DNA of 54,797 nucleotides, the filler included, from Bipalium vagum (Eukaryota): assembly GCA_037834085.1 (NCBI GenBank). It is 3 parts of 3 records of this genome, joined end to end, with 100 filler letters (N's around TTAATTAATTAA, not from the genome) between each part and the next. Parts side by side here need not be neighbours in the genome. Positions count along the whole stretch, not along the records: positions 36,641 to 54,797 come from JBBMKC010038926.1; 2 more parts are not named here. One strand, given 5' to 3'. Below the pieces are notes generated by a model. It was not told the DNA's origin, ran no database searches, and saw only the letters and a program-made list of their open reading frames with translations. Shown here piece after piece: positions 36,641 to 48,733 of this stretch (position 1 is the stretch's first letter; the number at the start of each line of letters is the position of its first letter). The position numbers were made by a program, and so were the translations under genes.

Positions 36641-37200
36641 ACCAAATCACAATTACATTTTCCTTCTAATAGTCAAAAATAGAATTATAATAAAATACTG
36701 CCCACACTATACTTCTTGAAGTGCCGCTGTAGTGCCGCTGCAATGCCAAATTATAACAGTACTGTCCATCTCTAATACAAAAAGCAGTCTTCTCTTGCAA
36801 ATCTATGTTAATTCAACTTGATAAAAAGCATTACCCAGGTTAGACATTGGAAATGCTTGTCTTTCGGTCACTGCATTAAGTCTTCTAAAGTCCAGACAAA
36901 TCTGAATGTCTTTCTTTTCTTTTTTCCAAACGCATATCAATGAGGTGTTCCACGGAAAAATACATTTTCTGATGATATTATTATCATACATATTCTTTAT
37001 CGTCTCGTTTATCTTTTCTTCTAAATTCATTGGTTGCTTGAATGGTTTAAAATTCATTGGCTCACCTTTCGTTTTTATTGTATGTTTTGTCAGATGGGTA
37101 GATCCAAAGTCCTATTTATCGGCCATAAACGCTTCTTCGTTTACTTCAATTACCTTTAGTAATTTGCCATCTGCATTATCATTTAATAGAATTAGAGGTC
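36641..37200 (-). mobile_element. Ty3/Gypsy pol (reverse transcriptase) fragment
   Basis: HTIKTKGEP...IIRKCIFPWNTSLICVWKK..IQICLDFRRLNAVTERQAFPM...NAFYQVEL; internally deleted. Confidence 0.9.
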
Positions 37201-37239
37201 ATTTTTTGAATAGATTTATTGAGTCATAAAACAAATAAG

Positions 37240-37520
37240 ATTTTAAAAAATTTTCTCAGACCTATAAATTCTTTTTTTTATTAAATTTTTAAAAAAAGTT
37301 TATTTTTAAAATTTCATTTATACTTTTTAAATATTTTAAAATAAATAATTAAAAAATTCCCCAGGTATGATTGCCTCCTCATATCAATTGTGAACTGTGG
37401 AGAATCACTTTTAGTCAGCTTTAAATAATTTTTGCAGCTGTGGCTCCTTTGTGGGCTTTGTTTTTGGATTGCTAAGGGGTTCTGAGGATGCTGAGACCTC
37501 TTTTTCTATGGACCCCAACA
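37240..37520 (+). mobile_element. dispersed LTR-like repeat
   Basis: The 5' part matches 47818-47965. The 3' end TTTTTCTATGGACCCCAACA matches the end of 18568-18961. Confidence 0.6.
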
Positions 37521-37809
37521 ATACTACTTAAAAAAACAATCAAATGAAATAATCAAAATTATTCAAATCAGTAAAAGTTCTTAGTAAAATTAATGTTAAT
37601 TGTTAATTTTTAAAAAATAAAAATAAAACAATTCAATATAGATCTCACCGATTCTGTTGAGCCCGAACCGTTTCGCTCAGAAACACCCTAGAAGCGTATT
37701 CCCCATCGTTGGATTCTGTCCACTGCGGACTTCAATTCATTTTATACTAGTCAGACGATTAATAAATTGTACTTTATAATTATTATATAATTATAATTAT
37801 TATTTCACC

Positions 37810-37828
37810 ATTATTGTTAGTATTATTA

Positions 37829-37888
<60 letters not shown>
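37810..37888. repeat. (TTA)n microsatellite
   Basis: Seen directly. Confidence 0.95.
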
Positions 37889-37889
<1 letters not shown>

Positions 37890-39688
37890 ATTTCTGACTC
37901 TTTTGCGCTCTTCAAACTATAATATTGTGGAGACAATGCAACATTTTTGTGACAATTACATTATAATATTTTATATGAATAAAAAATTTGTTTTATTTAA
38001 TTAGTTTTATGTTTTATGTTAAAAGAAATTTCCCCGAGAGTTATATATAATAAAAAATAAATAAAATGAAATATAAATTAATTATTATTATTATCATTAT
38101 TATTGTTTTTATTATTATTATTATTATAAAAGTACGGATATTAAAAACAAAAAATACATAAAAATATTGTAAAAATCATATAGAAAGTAGAACTTACTAA
38201 AAATAGATTATATGAGAAAATAATGTACAGAAAAATTTCAAGTTATTATTATAAATAAAAATTAATTATTAAATATAAAATTGTTGATTAAAATTATATA
38301 TATATATATATGTTCAGCGACAAAACAAAAAAAATTATTCAGCCAAAAAACGATTCAAGTGCATTAAAAATATCAACAACGATCACCTCGAAATATCAGG
38401 AAATTCACGCCGATAACACGAAACCATCACGACCTAATCAGCACAAATTATCACTATAAAAGGAAACACAATAAATCCTCGTTCAGAAATAAAGTGCCAG
38501 ATATTTATGCCTATTAGTAAGTATTTATTACAATTACTTTATAGAATACATTGTTAACCATAAGTACTCTTTTTTATTATATATTCAATTAAATGAATTC
38601 CATATAATTGATAATTCTAACGAATTACACAATCATTATAATATTGACTAAATAAATAAATAATTTTAAAATCTAATTCACAATTGGTAATTCTAACGAA
38701 TTGCACAATTGTATAATTAAATATCTTTTAAGTAAATGTTAGGGTCTAGTCCTAAAATCAATTATTCTTTTTTGTTTTCCCTTCACTTCAGAAGCAGTTG
38801 TTTTTGTTTGTTTTTTTGTTTTTTTTGCAGTTCACGCGCTAATTAGGGTGGTGAATTGCATATCTTTGAGGGCTTATGAGACACTGGCATTTTTATCAGT
38901 GCGAAAAGATATTTTTCCTGTTAATTAATTCTAAACTCGGGAAATTTTTCTTTAAGAGGATTGTTGAAATAGCAATCACTCTTGTTTTGTAAACTCATAA
39001 AATCAAGTTGTCATTTAATATAAATGTAACGATCTAGGTCGCAAGCTAAACTGTTACAAGGGGCACTTACAACTGCGCTCACCAACTCCCTTGAAGGAAG
39101 TGTAAATAATAGAAAACTCAAGAATAAAAAAATCGATTAACAAAATAAGATATATTTGTTATCAAAAATGCAACGTTAGAAATCTATTCAATCAAACAAT
39201 ATCCAAAATTACACAATAATTAAATTAATAAATTATCTTCTCTTGACTTTACGATAGTCGAAGAAGTCCTGATGACAAAATGCGTATTCTGCCGCTTAGA
39301 GCGAAGCAGAATCGAATTAGGGAGAGAGCAATAAAAAAGAATAAAGAAAATATTAAAAAATTAGTGATGAGAAAAATTAACTTTTATCTCTAAATAATTG
39401 TTAATTGATTAATTATTTAAGTTTAACTCTATCGGTTAAACAATTTGGAATTAATACAAATTCCTACCTATTATTATTATTACCGGCGTCTTAAAAATAT
39501 CTTTAATTTTAATAGCAGTATGCGTATTCTCAGATTGTATAAGGGCGTTTTGAATGTGAAAACCAGGAGTTTATATGCTCCGGTTTTCCACATTCTAGAG
39601 CTTCTCATTGGCTCTATTCTAACTTACTAAATATATTTGTGGACGATTTCTATTTTAAGTAAGTTTTTCTTACTAATAATAGAAATTG

Positions 39689-39754
39689 AGTAGCTGGTTA
39701 CTATTTTAAGTAAGTTCTGATACCATAGAACTTACTATATTTAGTAACCCTACT
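39689..39754. repeat. short fold-back palindrome (MITE-like)
   Basis: AGTAG..GGTTACTA..AGTAAGTTCT / AGAACTTACT..TAGTAACC.CTACT; related half-sites at about 38188 and 39650. Confidence 0.7.
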
Positions 39755-39809
39755 TCCAAAACATTTATTTATAATAATTTAATTTCTATAATAATAATAA
39801 TGTTAATAA

Positions 39810-40139
39810 TGTGGGTTCATATTTTAATTAATATCTAACTCCACTTTTAATTAACTTTCCTTAACATTCCTTTTTTAGAAATATAAAATAAATATAGTAG
39901 GCTTTACGAAGCCTTTTCGTGCATATCAATATAAAATTTAAAATTTAAATTTAAATTCAAATATCAATTATAAAATCAAATGATGATCATTAGTTTTGGA
40001 GAGCTATCGTCACTCTCCATCGGCTCCTGAGGTTCGTCAGCGATCTCTGGAATCCGTTGCTTTGGATTTTTTTATCAGACTGGTTTTTTTACCAGTTTTA
40101 CTGTGGATTTCACTGGGGATTTCACTGTGGATCCCAATA
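39810..40139 (+). mobile_element. dispersed solo-LTR-like repeat, copy B
   Basis: Colinear with 18568-18961 and also preceded by (TAA)n. Confidence 0.7.
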
Positions 40140-42334
40140 TTGATAAAGTTTTGTATATTAAATTGTTATCTTATTCGATTAAAAATCATAGTTAAAACGC
40201 GCCTGAAAAACCTTCTAACCGTTAAGCTCTTAACCCAACCCACTTTATTTAAGAGACTTAACAATATAAAAAAAAGGTTAAAAGGGTGTATCCATGGCTA
40301 ACCCAACAATATAAATATATTTTAGGATTATGGCAAAAAATTTAAATATGAACCAATAATTATAAATAATTACATTTTCATTATCGATCAAAAGTAGTTT
40401 TAAGTAACGTGGATCATGAAAAGTGGTCATAAAGGTAAACTCTGAATTCTTCACAACCGCCAAATGTCCAATATCAGATACCTATGTAAGTGATTCCCAA
40501 AGTGAGCGCTCCAAGGAATTTAGTGTGAGTTATTTTGGGGACACCAAGTAATATTTATTCTGAAAAGGGGACGGTACGATTTTGTCAATTTCGATTTGTT
40601 AAGATAAGAGAAAAAATATACTTTTTATTATTATGTACTTTATTAATTATTATTATTATTATGCAAATTATTATCATCATCATTGGAATTTATTATTGTT
40701 GTAAGGCAGATCCTTTTGCGGTCTTCACAATCCAAGGGGGACGTGCCTTTGGTCAACGCAACAGACACTTCAGACTTTGATTAAATTCGGTCCTCCGATT
40801 CTATTATAAAACGAAAATGTTATATTAATACAACATCAACACCAAGTTTATTGTTATCAATTCAGTCCATTACTCTCGTCACCGCTGCTTCTCCTTTACC
40901 CTTTTCTTCTTGATGCCGACCCATTCCGATTCCACGTTCTTCAACCCTCCTCCTTTTCTTTCCATGCTTTATCATGAGTCAGAATTACTTATTGTCCTGT
41001 TCGCGCAGATCTTAGTTTAACCTCAACCCATTCCTTCCTATTCTCCTTGATGAGTAGCTCTAGACTCCCTACTTTGACGGGTTTGTCTAATTGGCAGGTT
41101 TCTGCAGCAGGTAAATTGTCCTACTAGCCAGAACATTGTCAGAAAATATGACAGTTAAGTCAAAATAGATCCGATAAATTTACCAATTTCAAGACGCGTG
41201 CCTACCCCTTACGGATATGTTGAAGTAAGGGTCAACTGAAGACTGTTGACATGACTTCATTATGTTAACTAACTTGACCAAACCCTCTCAGACATTTGAG
41301 AGGTAACAGGTCTCAATCGACCAATCCAAAGTAAAATATACATTTTGTGGAATTTAGAACGAAAAATAAATGTCACTCTTCCTTTATTTATTATTTTATT
41401 TAATTAATGTTTTGATCTTACGAAGGGAACGATAATTAAATCAATTTTGCAACAACTTTTTTCCCTAGACTTCACTGACACTCTCCAAATGTCAGAATTG
41501 TTTACGAGGGAATATCAAATGCTATTTTCTGTATTCGCCAGCGGATCGGTCTGCTACGGTTCTGCAAATGTGTTGGAAGTGCTTTGCTAAGAACAAAGGT
41601 TACGTATTTCTTCAAACGATGTTTATTAATTATATTAAATTACAAATGGAATGTTATACAGTAACGGCCACAAGAAATTCAATTAAGCAATAAAGTCCCA
41701 ATTAACGAAATGCAGAGGGAAAAGATCACGAATGGCCATTGTTCGTGGTTCAGGCTTGATCCGAGAGGACATTTGAAACGGGATCCCAGTTTCAAAGTCA
41801 ATCAAGTTTGATATTTGCCCATGTCGAAAAAGTGAACGGCCATGACTGGCAACATGACCACGATTGGAATTGACCAATGAAAACGAGTTGTGCAATTAAT
41901 AACCTCCACGAGACACACAGTCGACACGGCGTCATCTGTTCACAGAGTCGAATGTATGTCAGATCATGCAGTATGCATATTATAGCGTTCGGTGTGATGT
42001 GATGCGGGTAATAGTAGCAGTGGAGGCGGTGGTGTGTTTGTTGATGGATGTTTACTACAAGAAACTAATTGATTGGACTCCATGCTGTGGTTGTAGTAGG
42101 TCGACGTGTGTTGGCATGACACACACAGGGTTTTCTCACCCCCGGTCTTTGTTAGTCATGGCCAGACACGCCTGTTGGTGTGCATTGTCTCTCATATTGT
42201 CTGGCTGTTCACCGTTGGCTGTCCACAATTGTTAATGAGTCAGTTTTCTTTATCCGGATTGTGATCAACGGATTTTGTCTTTGTTCGTCAAACGCGAAAA
42301 AACCGCTCTTGCAATTAAAGTTGACCGTTGTTTC

Positions 42335-42570
42335 ATGAAGAAAATGTCTTGTTTCTGTGCCTCGAACTCGTCTGCAGATTCCGTCTATTCGGGATATTTT
42401 CGCTGGAGAATGGGCTTGCCGCTGCCGCCGATTCCGCAAGAAGACTCCAACGTTCTTAGAACCGGTTCCAAAGACATTTTCGGTGAAATTATCGGAGTAA
42501 AGCATACCAATGATTTTACCATGGACGATACGGATGCCAACAACACTCCGCGTCGTTTTCGGCGCAGAAA
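42335..42570 (+). CDS. first coding exon of an orphan low-complexity adaptor-like protein (MKKMSCFC...LPLPPIP...RRFRRR)
   Basis: GC-rich ORF ending in an AA|GTAAGA donor, phase 2, which matches the acceptor at 45537. Confidence 0.65.
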
Positions 42571-44029
42571 GTAAGAGCTGTTAATTGTTTTGCACCAATA
42601 AACCTTTTTCCAATGTCAAAATTTCTTGTTGAGAACTTCACACTCTTCACCGTCTTGTTGTTTTATCATCGTTAGGGACGGTGAAGTATTTTTTTAATCT
42701 TGAAAATTTATTTTTATCTTTCCACCTGAAAAGGATCAGTTAATTTTTTTAAATATTTAAAAACCAAAAAATTTTACATTTTATAATTAGGGAAAATAAT
42801 TAATTTTGTTTTAATCAGTCAAACAAAGACTCAAAGGTCATTGGTTGATTTCGCTGAGCATAGTCAACAGTTGGGGAATTTTATCATTTTTATTGTAATT
42901 TTCCTATGGTTTTTCTAATATAATCAAAGTTGAAGGTTTCGGATAAATTACATTCGTCTTTCTGTTATTTGTTTCCTCTTGTTTTATTATTTTTCCTCTT
43001 TGTATTTTAAGGTTTCTTGAGAAAAGTTTGAATCAATGTTTGAGCAAATTTTAGAGACCTGTGTCTGGTTCTTGTTTGTTAATGTCTCGAGATTAGCAAC
43101 AACATTTGTGCTCTTTGTACTGAATTATTGTGTGAGATAAGATTTTATTCTATTGTTTATTATGAAAATAACAATAAAGGATTTGTGGGTCTTACTCATA
43201 AAGTCTGAGACTATTCGAAAGAATTTGGTGAAAATAATATTTCTGGTTCATTCAGGATTTCTTTTTTTATTTTCATTGAATGGGATTTCTTTATACATAA
43301 TATTAAAAATTTATTATGTTTTTAAAAATAGAGATAAGTTTTACTATAGATATCAAACTAAATTGAGCTGCTCATCAGTAATCGAAACAACCCTACTAAT
43401 TTATTATTTTTAATTAATTTTTTCTTTTGGTCTTGAAAATATTTTTGTCTTTTATTTAGGTATACCTTATACAGCTACTTAAGCCTTGCTGTAGTCAAGC
43501 CATTTAATTATTTCTTATGGCTTTCTTCCGGTGCAAAATTTATCTTACAATACAGTTCTTCGGTCATATTCTAAACCCATGACTAATATTAAATAATTCA
43601 AAATGTATAAATCAATTTTATTGATAAATTAACTTACTTAAACAAAAATAATTATATTGATTACTGAAATAATGTAATATAACTTTGAAAATCATCCGAA
43701 TTTATCTCGACGACTCTGTAAATTTATGAAATTCCTTAAAATTGACACATGATGAAAAATCTCATTAGAAGTTTAGAATGTTGATAATTAAAACAAGTGG
43801 ATCAGGAAAAACTAATTTTATAATAGTCATAAATGATGACTTTGATAATGATATTAATTTGATTATATTTAATAAAATTGCATTAATTTGATCAGAATCA
43901 AAATATAAATAATAAAAAATAAATAAACAGTCCTTATCTTTGGGATGATAATGTTCATTCTAGTTTCGTTAATAAAGACTGGGGATGTAAAATATGAACA
44001 GAAAAAATGCTGACTGATTAAATGTTTAT

Positions 44030-44362
44030 TAAATCAAATGAGTTTAACAAAAAATAAAGATAAAAGTAAACCAATAGTAAAATTTGTGGCAATATTGATC
44101 TTAGGTGCAATATCAACAAAATCAGTCACAGTGTTAAAGATATATTTTTGAATCGCTTTTTTAAAACAATAATACTTAAACGAATTTTCCATTCTTGATA
44201 AATCAATATATTGGACCATTGTAACTAAATATCGAAAATCATTTCAATAAAATTTATTTTAAAATAAATATTAAAATTAAATTTACACTTAATTAAAAAT
44301 TAAAATTAGGCGCACTATAAAAATTCAAAAATTAGAAATCAGTTTAAATACTCACAATTGAT
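44030..44362 (-). pseudogene. decayed ORF start (MVQYIDLSRMENSFKYY...) with an upstream intron-like segment; paralog of 52270-53075
   Basis: Colinear nucleotide similarity with 52300-53075; shared GTGAGTATTTAAACTGATTTCTAATTTT donor-like motif upstream. Confidence 0.55.
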
Positions 44363-44998
44363 TTTTAAGAAATTTAGAAAATAATGAATGAATTTTAAAA
44401 ATAAGATTATTTCAATTGTGTAAAATGAAAATATCAATAAAAGAATTTGTTGGTGGAACCTGATGTCTGAGGTTCGTTGAAGAAAAGACAGTTATTTTTT
44501 TTATTCGTTACAAGGAAAATTAAACGGTAACTGTTGCCGATCGTGGGGAAATTGTAGAATAGAATTAGTTCGCTCAAAGTAGAACTTTCATCTTCTGAAA
44601 TTTTGGCTTATTTTTATTAATGAGTAAATATGAGAGTAACGATTTAGTTGGCACCAGAGTCTATCAGTCATGAAAATTAGTTCGTTCTAACCGTTCTCCA
44701 TTAACAAATGGAATTTGTCCGTCCTAATCTTCGCACTAATGTAAATTGTTGCGTGTTGGCTTTTCTCATTTCCCCTAACTTAAAATATCTTAACAAGGCA
44801 AATCTGTTGATCATTTATTATTTTTTTGGGTAACTGACTTTATAAATGAGTTATCAAAAGGTTGCTTATCTTCTGAAATATTGGTTTAAGTTTGTGTACG
44901 TGATAAAGACCATGGCAAGCTTACTAGAGAGTCAAGTGCATTAAAATTACAACAAAAAAGGTAGCGAAATTTCATTTTTATTAACTATTGATCTAACA

Positions 44999-45162
44999 NN
45001 NNNNNNNNNNNNNNNNNNNNNNNNNNNNNNNNNNNNNNNNNNNNNNNNNNNNNNNNNNNNNNNNNNNNNNNNNNNNNNNNNNNNNNNNNNNNNNNNNNNN
45101 NNNNNNNNNNNNNNNNNNNNNNNNNNNNNNNNNNNNNNNNNNNNNNNNNNNNNNNNNNNNNN
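44999..45162. other. assembly gap
   Basis: N run. Confidence 0.99.
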
Positions 45163-45536
45163 TTAATATAATTTGTGTTATTTTCACATTATTTCATAAT
45201 ATTAATGTTAACATAACATAACATAACAATAACATAATATTAATGTTGTACACGTAAATTAAGTCAGAAGGTAACAGGATTTATGTAGAATTAATTTTTT
45301 TATTTTTACAGTTATGATATTTGCTGTGTTTTAATTAATAAATACCTTTGATTACTGCGTTGTTATTTTAAATGAGATTAAACAAGAGTTTATATTAATC
45401 AATAATTTACAAATTAATAAAACAATAAAATGTTCTTCATTTTATGATTTCTAAACAATATTAATGTTAAAATATTTTTATATTTATTTATTTATTGAAA
45501 AAAATATTCTAAATATACTTTGTTATACCCAAACAG

Positions 45537-46284
45537 TGTGAATAGCAGAATATCTAATCGGATTTTGTCAGAGCAACGGTTTTTGAATGAGCTACGAGCC
45601 AGGAGACAAACGAATACAATAGGACGTGGATTTAACGACCAGCTTGATTTCACCAATCAAAATTCTCAAAATGATCAAAAGCCATCAGAATCCTCCACAA
45701 GCAAGGTCTTAAGAGCAGCTCCGCCACCGTTACCTCCACACAGAACAAGACCCCAAGGGGATCAACGAACAAACAGTAATGGAACATTGTACAACTATGG
45801 TGAATCAGACTCAGAAGCTTATTTGTATTCCGATCCTGAATGTAGTTTATTGCGTATAAATGAAGATGATATGGGTGCTGCCATGTCATTGGGTCGCGGA
45901 AGGGAGAAAAGCATCCCTATGGACAATGATAATCTATATGATCTTCACTGCTNNNNNNNNNNNNNNNNNNNNNNNNNNNNNNNNNNNNNNNNNNNNNNNN
46001 NNNNNNNNNNNNNNNNNNNNNNNNNNNNNNNNNNNNNNNNNNNNNNNNNNNNNNNNNNNNNNNNNNNNNNNNNNNNNNNNNNNNNNNNNNNNNNNNNNNN
46101 NNNNNNNNNNNNNNNNNNNNNNNNNNNNNNNNNNNNNNNNNNNNNNNNNNNNNNNNNNNNNNNNNNNNNNNNNNNNNNNNNNNNNNNNNNNNNNNNNNNN
46201 NAGAAAATAAATTCTCTGAAGAACGGAGACATCGATCAAGACATGGACATTGACAACCACCAAAAATGGGACACTGTGAACTGA
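45537..46284 (+). CDS. last coding exon of the same orphan protein (PPPLPP, several Tyr motifs); contains a 249-nt gap
   Basis: aaacag|T acceptor in phase 2, GC-rich open frame, and the frame is preserved across the gap to TGA at 46284. Confidence 0.72.
45953..46201. other. assembly gap inside a coding exon
   Basis: N run of 249 nt. Confidence 0.99.
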
Positions 46285-46724
46285 GGTGACAAAGACATCA
46301 TTTGAATATGAAGCCATATTTAATTCATTATTTCGTCTTATCTATCATAGCGTTTTACTTTTTCATATGATAACGATTAAATAATGTTTATTTCTCAAGC
46401 ATATTTTTACGTGTTTGCCCAATGGATCGATATGAATGAACAGTTTCGTTTGTACCATTTTTTTGTAAGGGATATTTCCATTTTCCAACGATACGACCAT
46501 TTGGGCTCACCTTTCGTGTTTTTGGCAATGAATAAAAAGAGCATAGACCATTGTAAATGCTTCGACGGTTCGATGGTGGTGTAGATAATAAATAGAGTTT
46601 TGCAAATTAATTTCAACCATTTCAGAAATTATTTATTTTATTTTCTTTATGTGGATTATTTATATTTTTCAATGTAATGATTTTATTATTATTATTATTA
46701 TTATTTAATTTAGTACTGATTTAT

Positions 46725-46935
46725 TCGAATAATATATCAGCGACTGGTTTCATTCGTTTTTTAATATTTAATTACTTATTGGTATTTTTATAATCCCCGT
46801 ATTTCTAGGAAGCTTCCAATTAATAATAAAAAATAATATAAATATAATAATTTATCAGCAGTTGGCTTTATTATTTGACATTCAACTAATTACTGGTAGT
46901 TTTATAATCCTCATATTTCCGATTAATTTCCTTTT
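46725..46935. repeat. degenerate ~118-bp tandem duplication
   Basis: TATCAGC...TGGTA.TTTTATAATCC.C.TATTTC occurs twice. Confidence 0.6.
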
Positions 46936-47817
46936 TTAATTAGAAATTATTATTAGAAAGAAACTTAGAACCAATAAATAAATAAATAAAAGCATACTAC
47001 TTATCATTATCAGTGAACAAATATTATCATTATCCTGGTTCCATATTATAGTAATATATATATATATATTTTTTTTGTTTTAATTTTTATCACAAGGTTG
47101 AATGAAACTTTGATTTTCTTTGTGAAAACTTTTATGGAGTTTCCAGTCTCCAAACACGAAAGAACTCAATGGTGACAATTGCGGTCTTTGAAGTCCACCG
47201 ATTTATGGTGTTTTTATTGTCTTTTTATGGGTAATTTTATTTTGTTTTCGAAAATATGTCATGCCAAAGAAACCGAACCAATAAAGCAGTCAATACTGCC
47301 AGGAGGTGATTAAATTCCCACTGGAGTATTTCTTGTATATGAGTTACCCTGCTTGATGTTTGTTTAGCATCAAATGTACGTTTGGTGGTCAAAAAGGTTT
47401 GAAGTCAAAAATTATTCTTCGTCGCAGTCTGTTTCACTTTATCTTGCTATTTTCTTTATTTCGTGTTTTTTTTCAACATAAAACTGCAAATAAAATTGAT
47501 TTTTTCATCTGCAGATAGAAAATATTATTTATTTATATAATGAATTATATTATTTATATATTAGTATTATAATATGAGCTATTGTTCAATGACGAAGTCG
47601 ATCTGCATTAAAAATAAACATATAATCGATTTGTAAAATTATTTTCAGAGAAAACTGTAAAAAGGAGCAGTTTTTTAGGAGAATTAAAATTATAATAAGA
47701 ATAAAAACCAATAATATGATAACTGAAATAATAATACTGTTAATATCAATCGGTTTATAATCGGAACTAAAAGTTATTTTTTTGAATAAATTTATTAAGT
47801 GATAAAACATATTATAT

Positions 47818-47965
47818 TTTAGAAAAATGTTCTCAGACCTGGAAATTCTTTTTTTAATTTTAAAAATATGTTTACTTTTAAAATTTCATTTATACATAGA
47901 CCTTTTATTTTAAAATAATTACAATAATTAAGAGAGTCCCCAGGTCTGATTAACCTCCTCATAAA
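47818..47965 (+). repeat. dispersed repeat, copy of 37240-37385
   Basis: TCTCAGACCT..AAATTCTTTTTTT..TTTTAAAATTTCATTTATAC..CCCAGGT.TGATT..CCTCCTCATA is shared. Confidence 0.75.
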
Positions 47966-48104
47966 AGCAATTAAATATTCAGGTCAGTGTTTGCTTTTTA
48001 AGAACCGCTGCCTCAATCGAAGGTTGTACTTAAATAGTGTGAGGTTGTTATACAATCAAATACAAACACAGGTATGAATTAATTATATAAGTAAACATTT
48101 ATTA

Positions 48105-48403
48105 TTTTAGGAAATATTCATCAATAGTTGTTCTAAATTTTCGTGCAGCTTCGGCAGATTTCGTGCCAAGTTTGTATTCATAGAGTAAACTACTTCAAAT
48201 TAGCGCTTTTTTGGAGGCCATTTTGACTAAGTAATTGAACTTTTTAAACAATATTTTCTAAATTTTTTTAAAATCAATTGAAAGAAAAAATATTACCTAA
48301 GCGAAATAAAACAAAATAAATAATTCACATCAATAAGTATCAATAAAATCTATCATAATAGGCGGTATTTAAAAAAACCACACGAACTTTATTGGTTACC
48401 TAA
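48105..48403 (-). mobile_element. mariner 5' fragment
   Basis: TIR-like TTAGGTAACCAATAAAGTTCG and MASKKALI*SSLLYEYKLGTKSAEAARK. Confidence 0.8.
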
Positions 48404-48733
48404 TAGATTAGAATTTTTTCATTATAATAATTATTTAAGTTAAAGAAAATATTAAAAAATAAAAAAGATATTTTACATAAAAATCTTAAAATTTATTTAT
48501 CGTTGAAATGAGATCACCAATGAAAATCGACTTTTTAACATAAAAATTTAAAACTTCTTCAACTTTGGTTTTGGTCTCAATTAGCAATTTCCGCACTACT
48601 CACGTAAATCTGCGAAATAAATAATTATGTCTAATTTTAATAAAATAAATGTAATATATTTTAGATTCCGTAATTTGAAATCTAAACGTCGTTTATTTAA
48701 CTCATTTTTCACAATATTTATATTTAAGTTACA

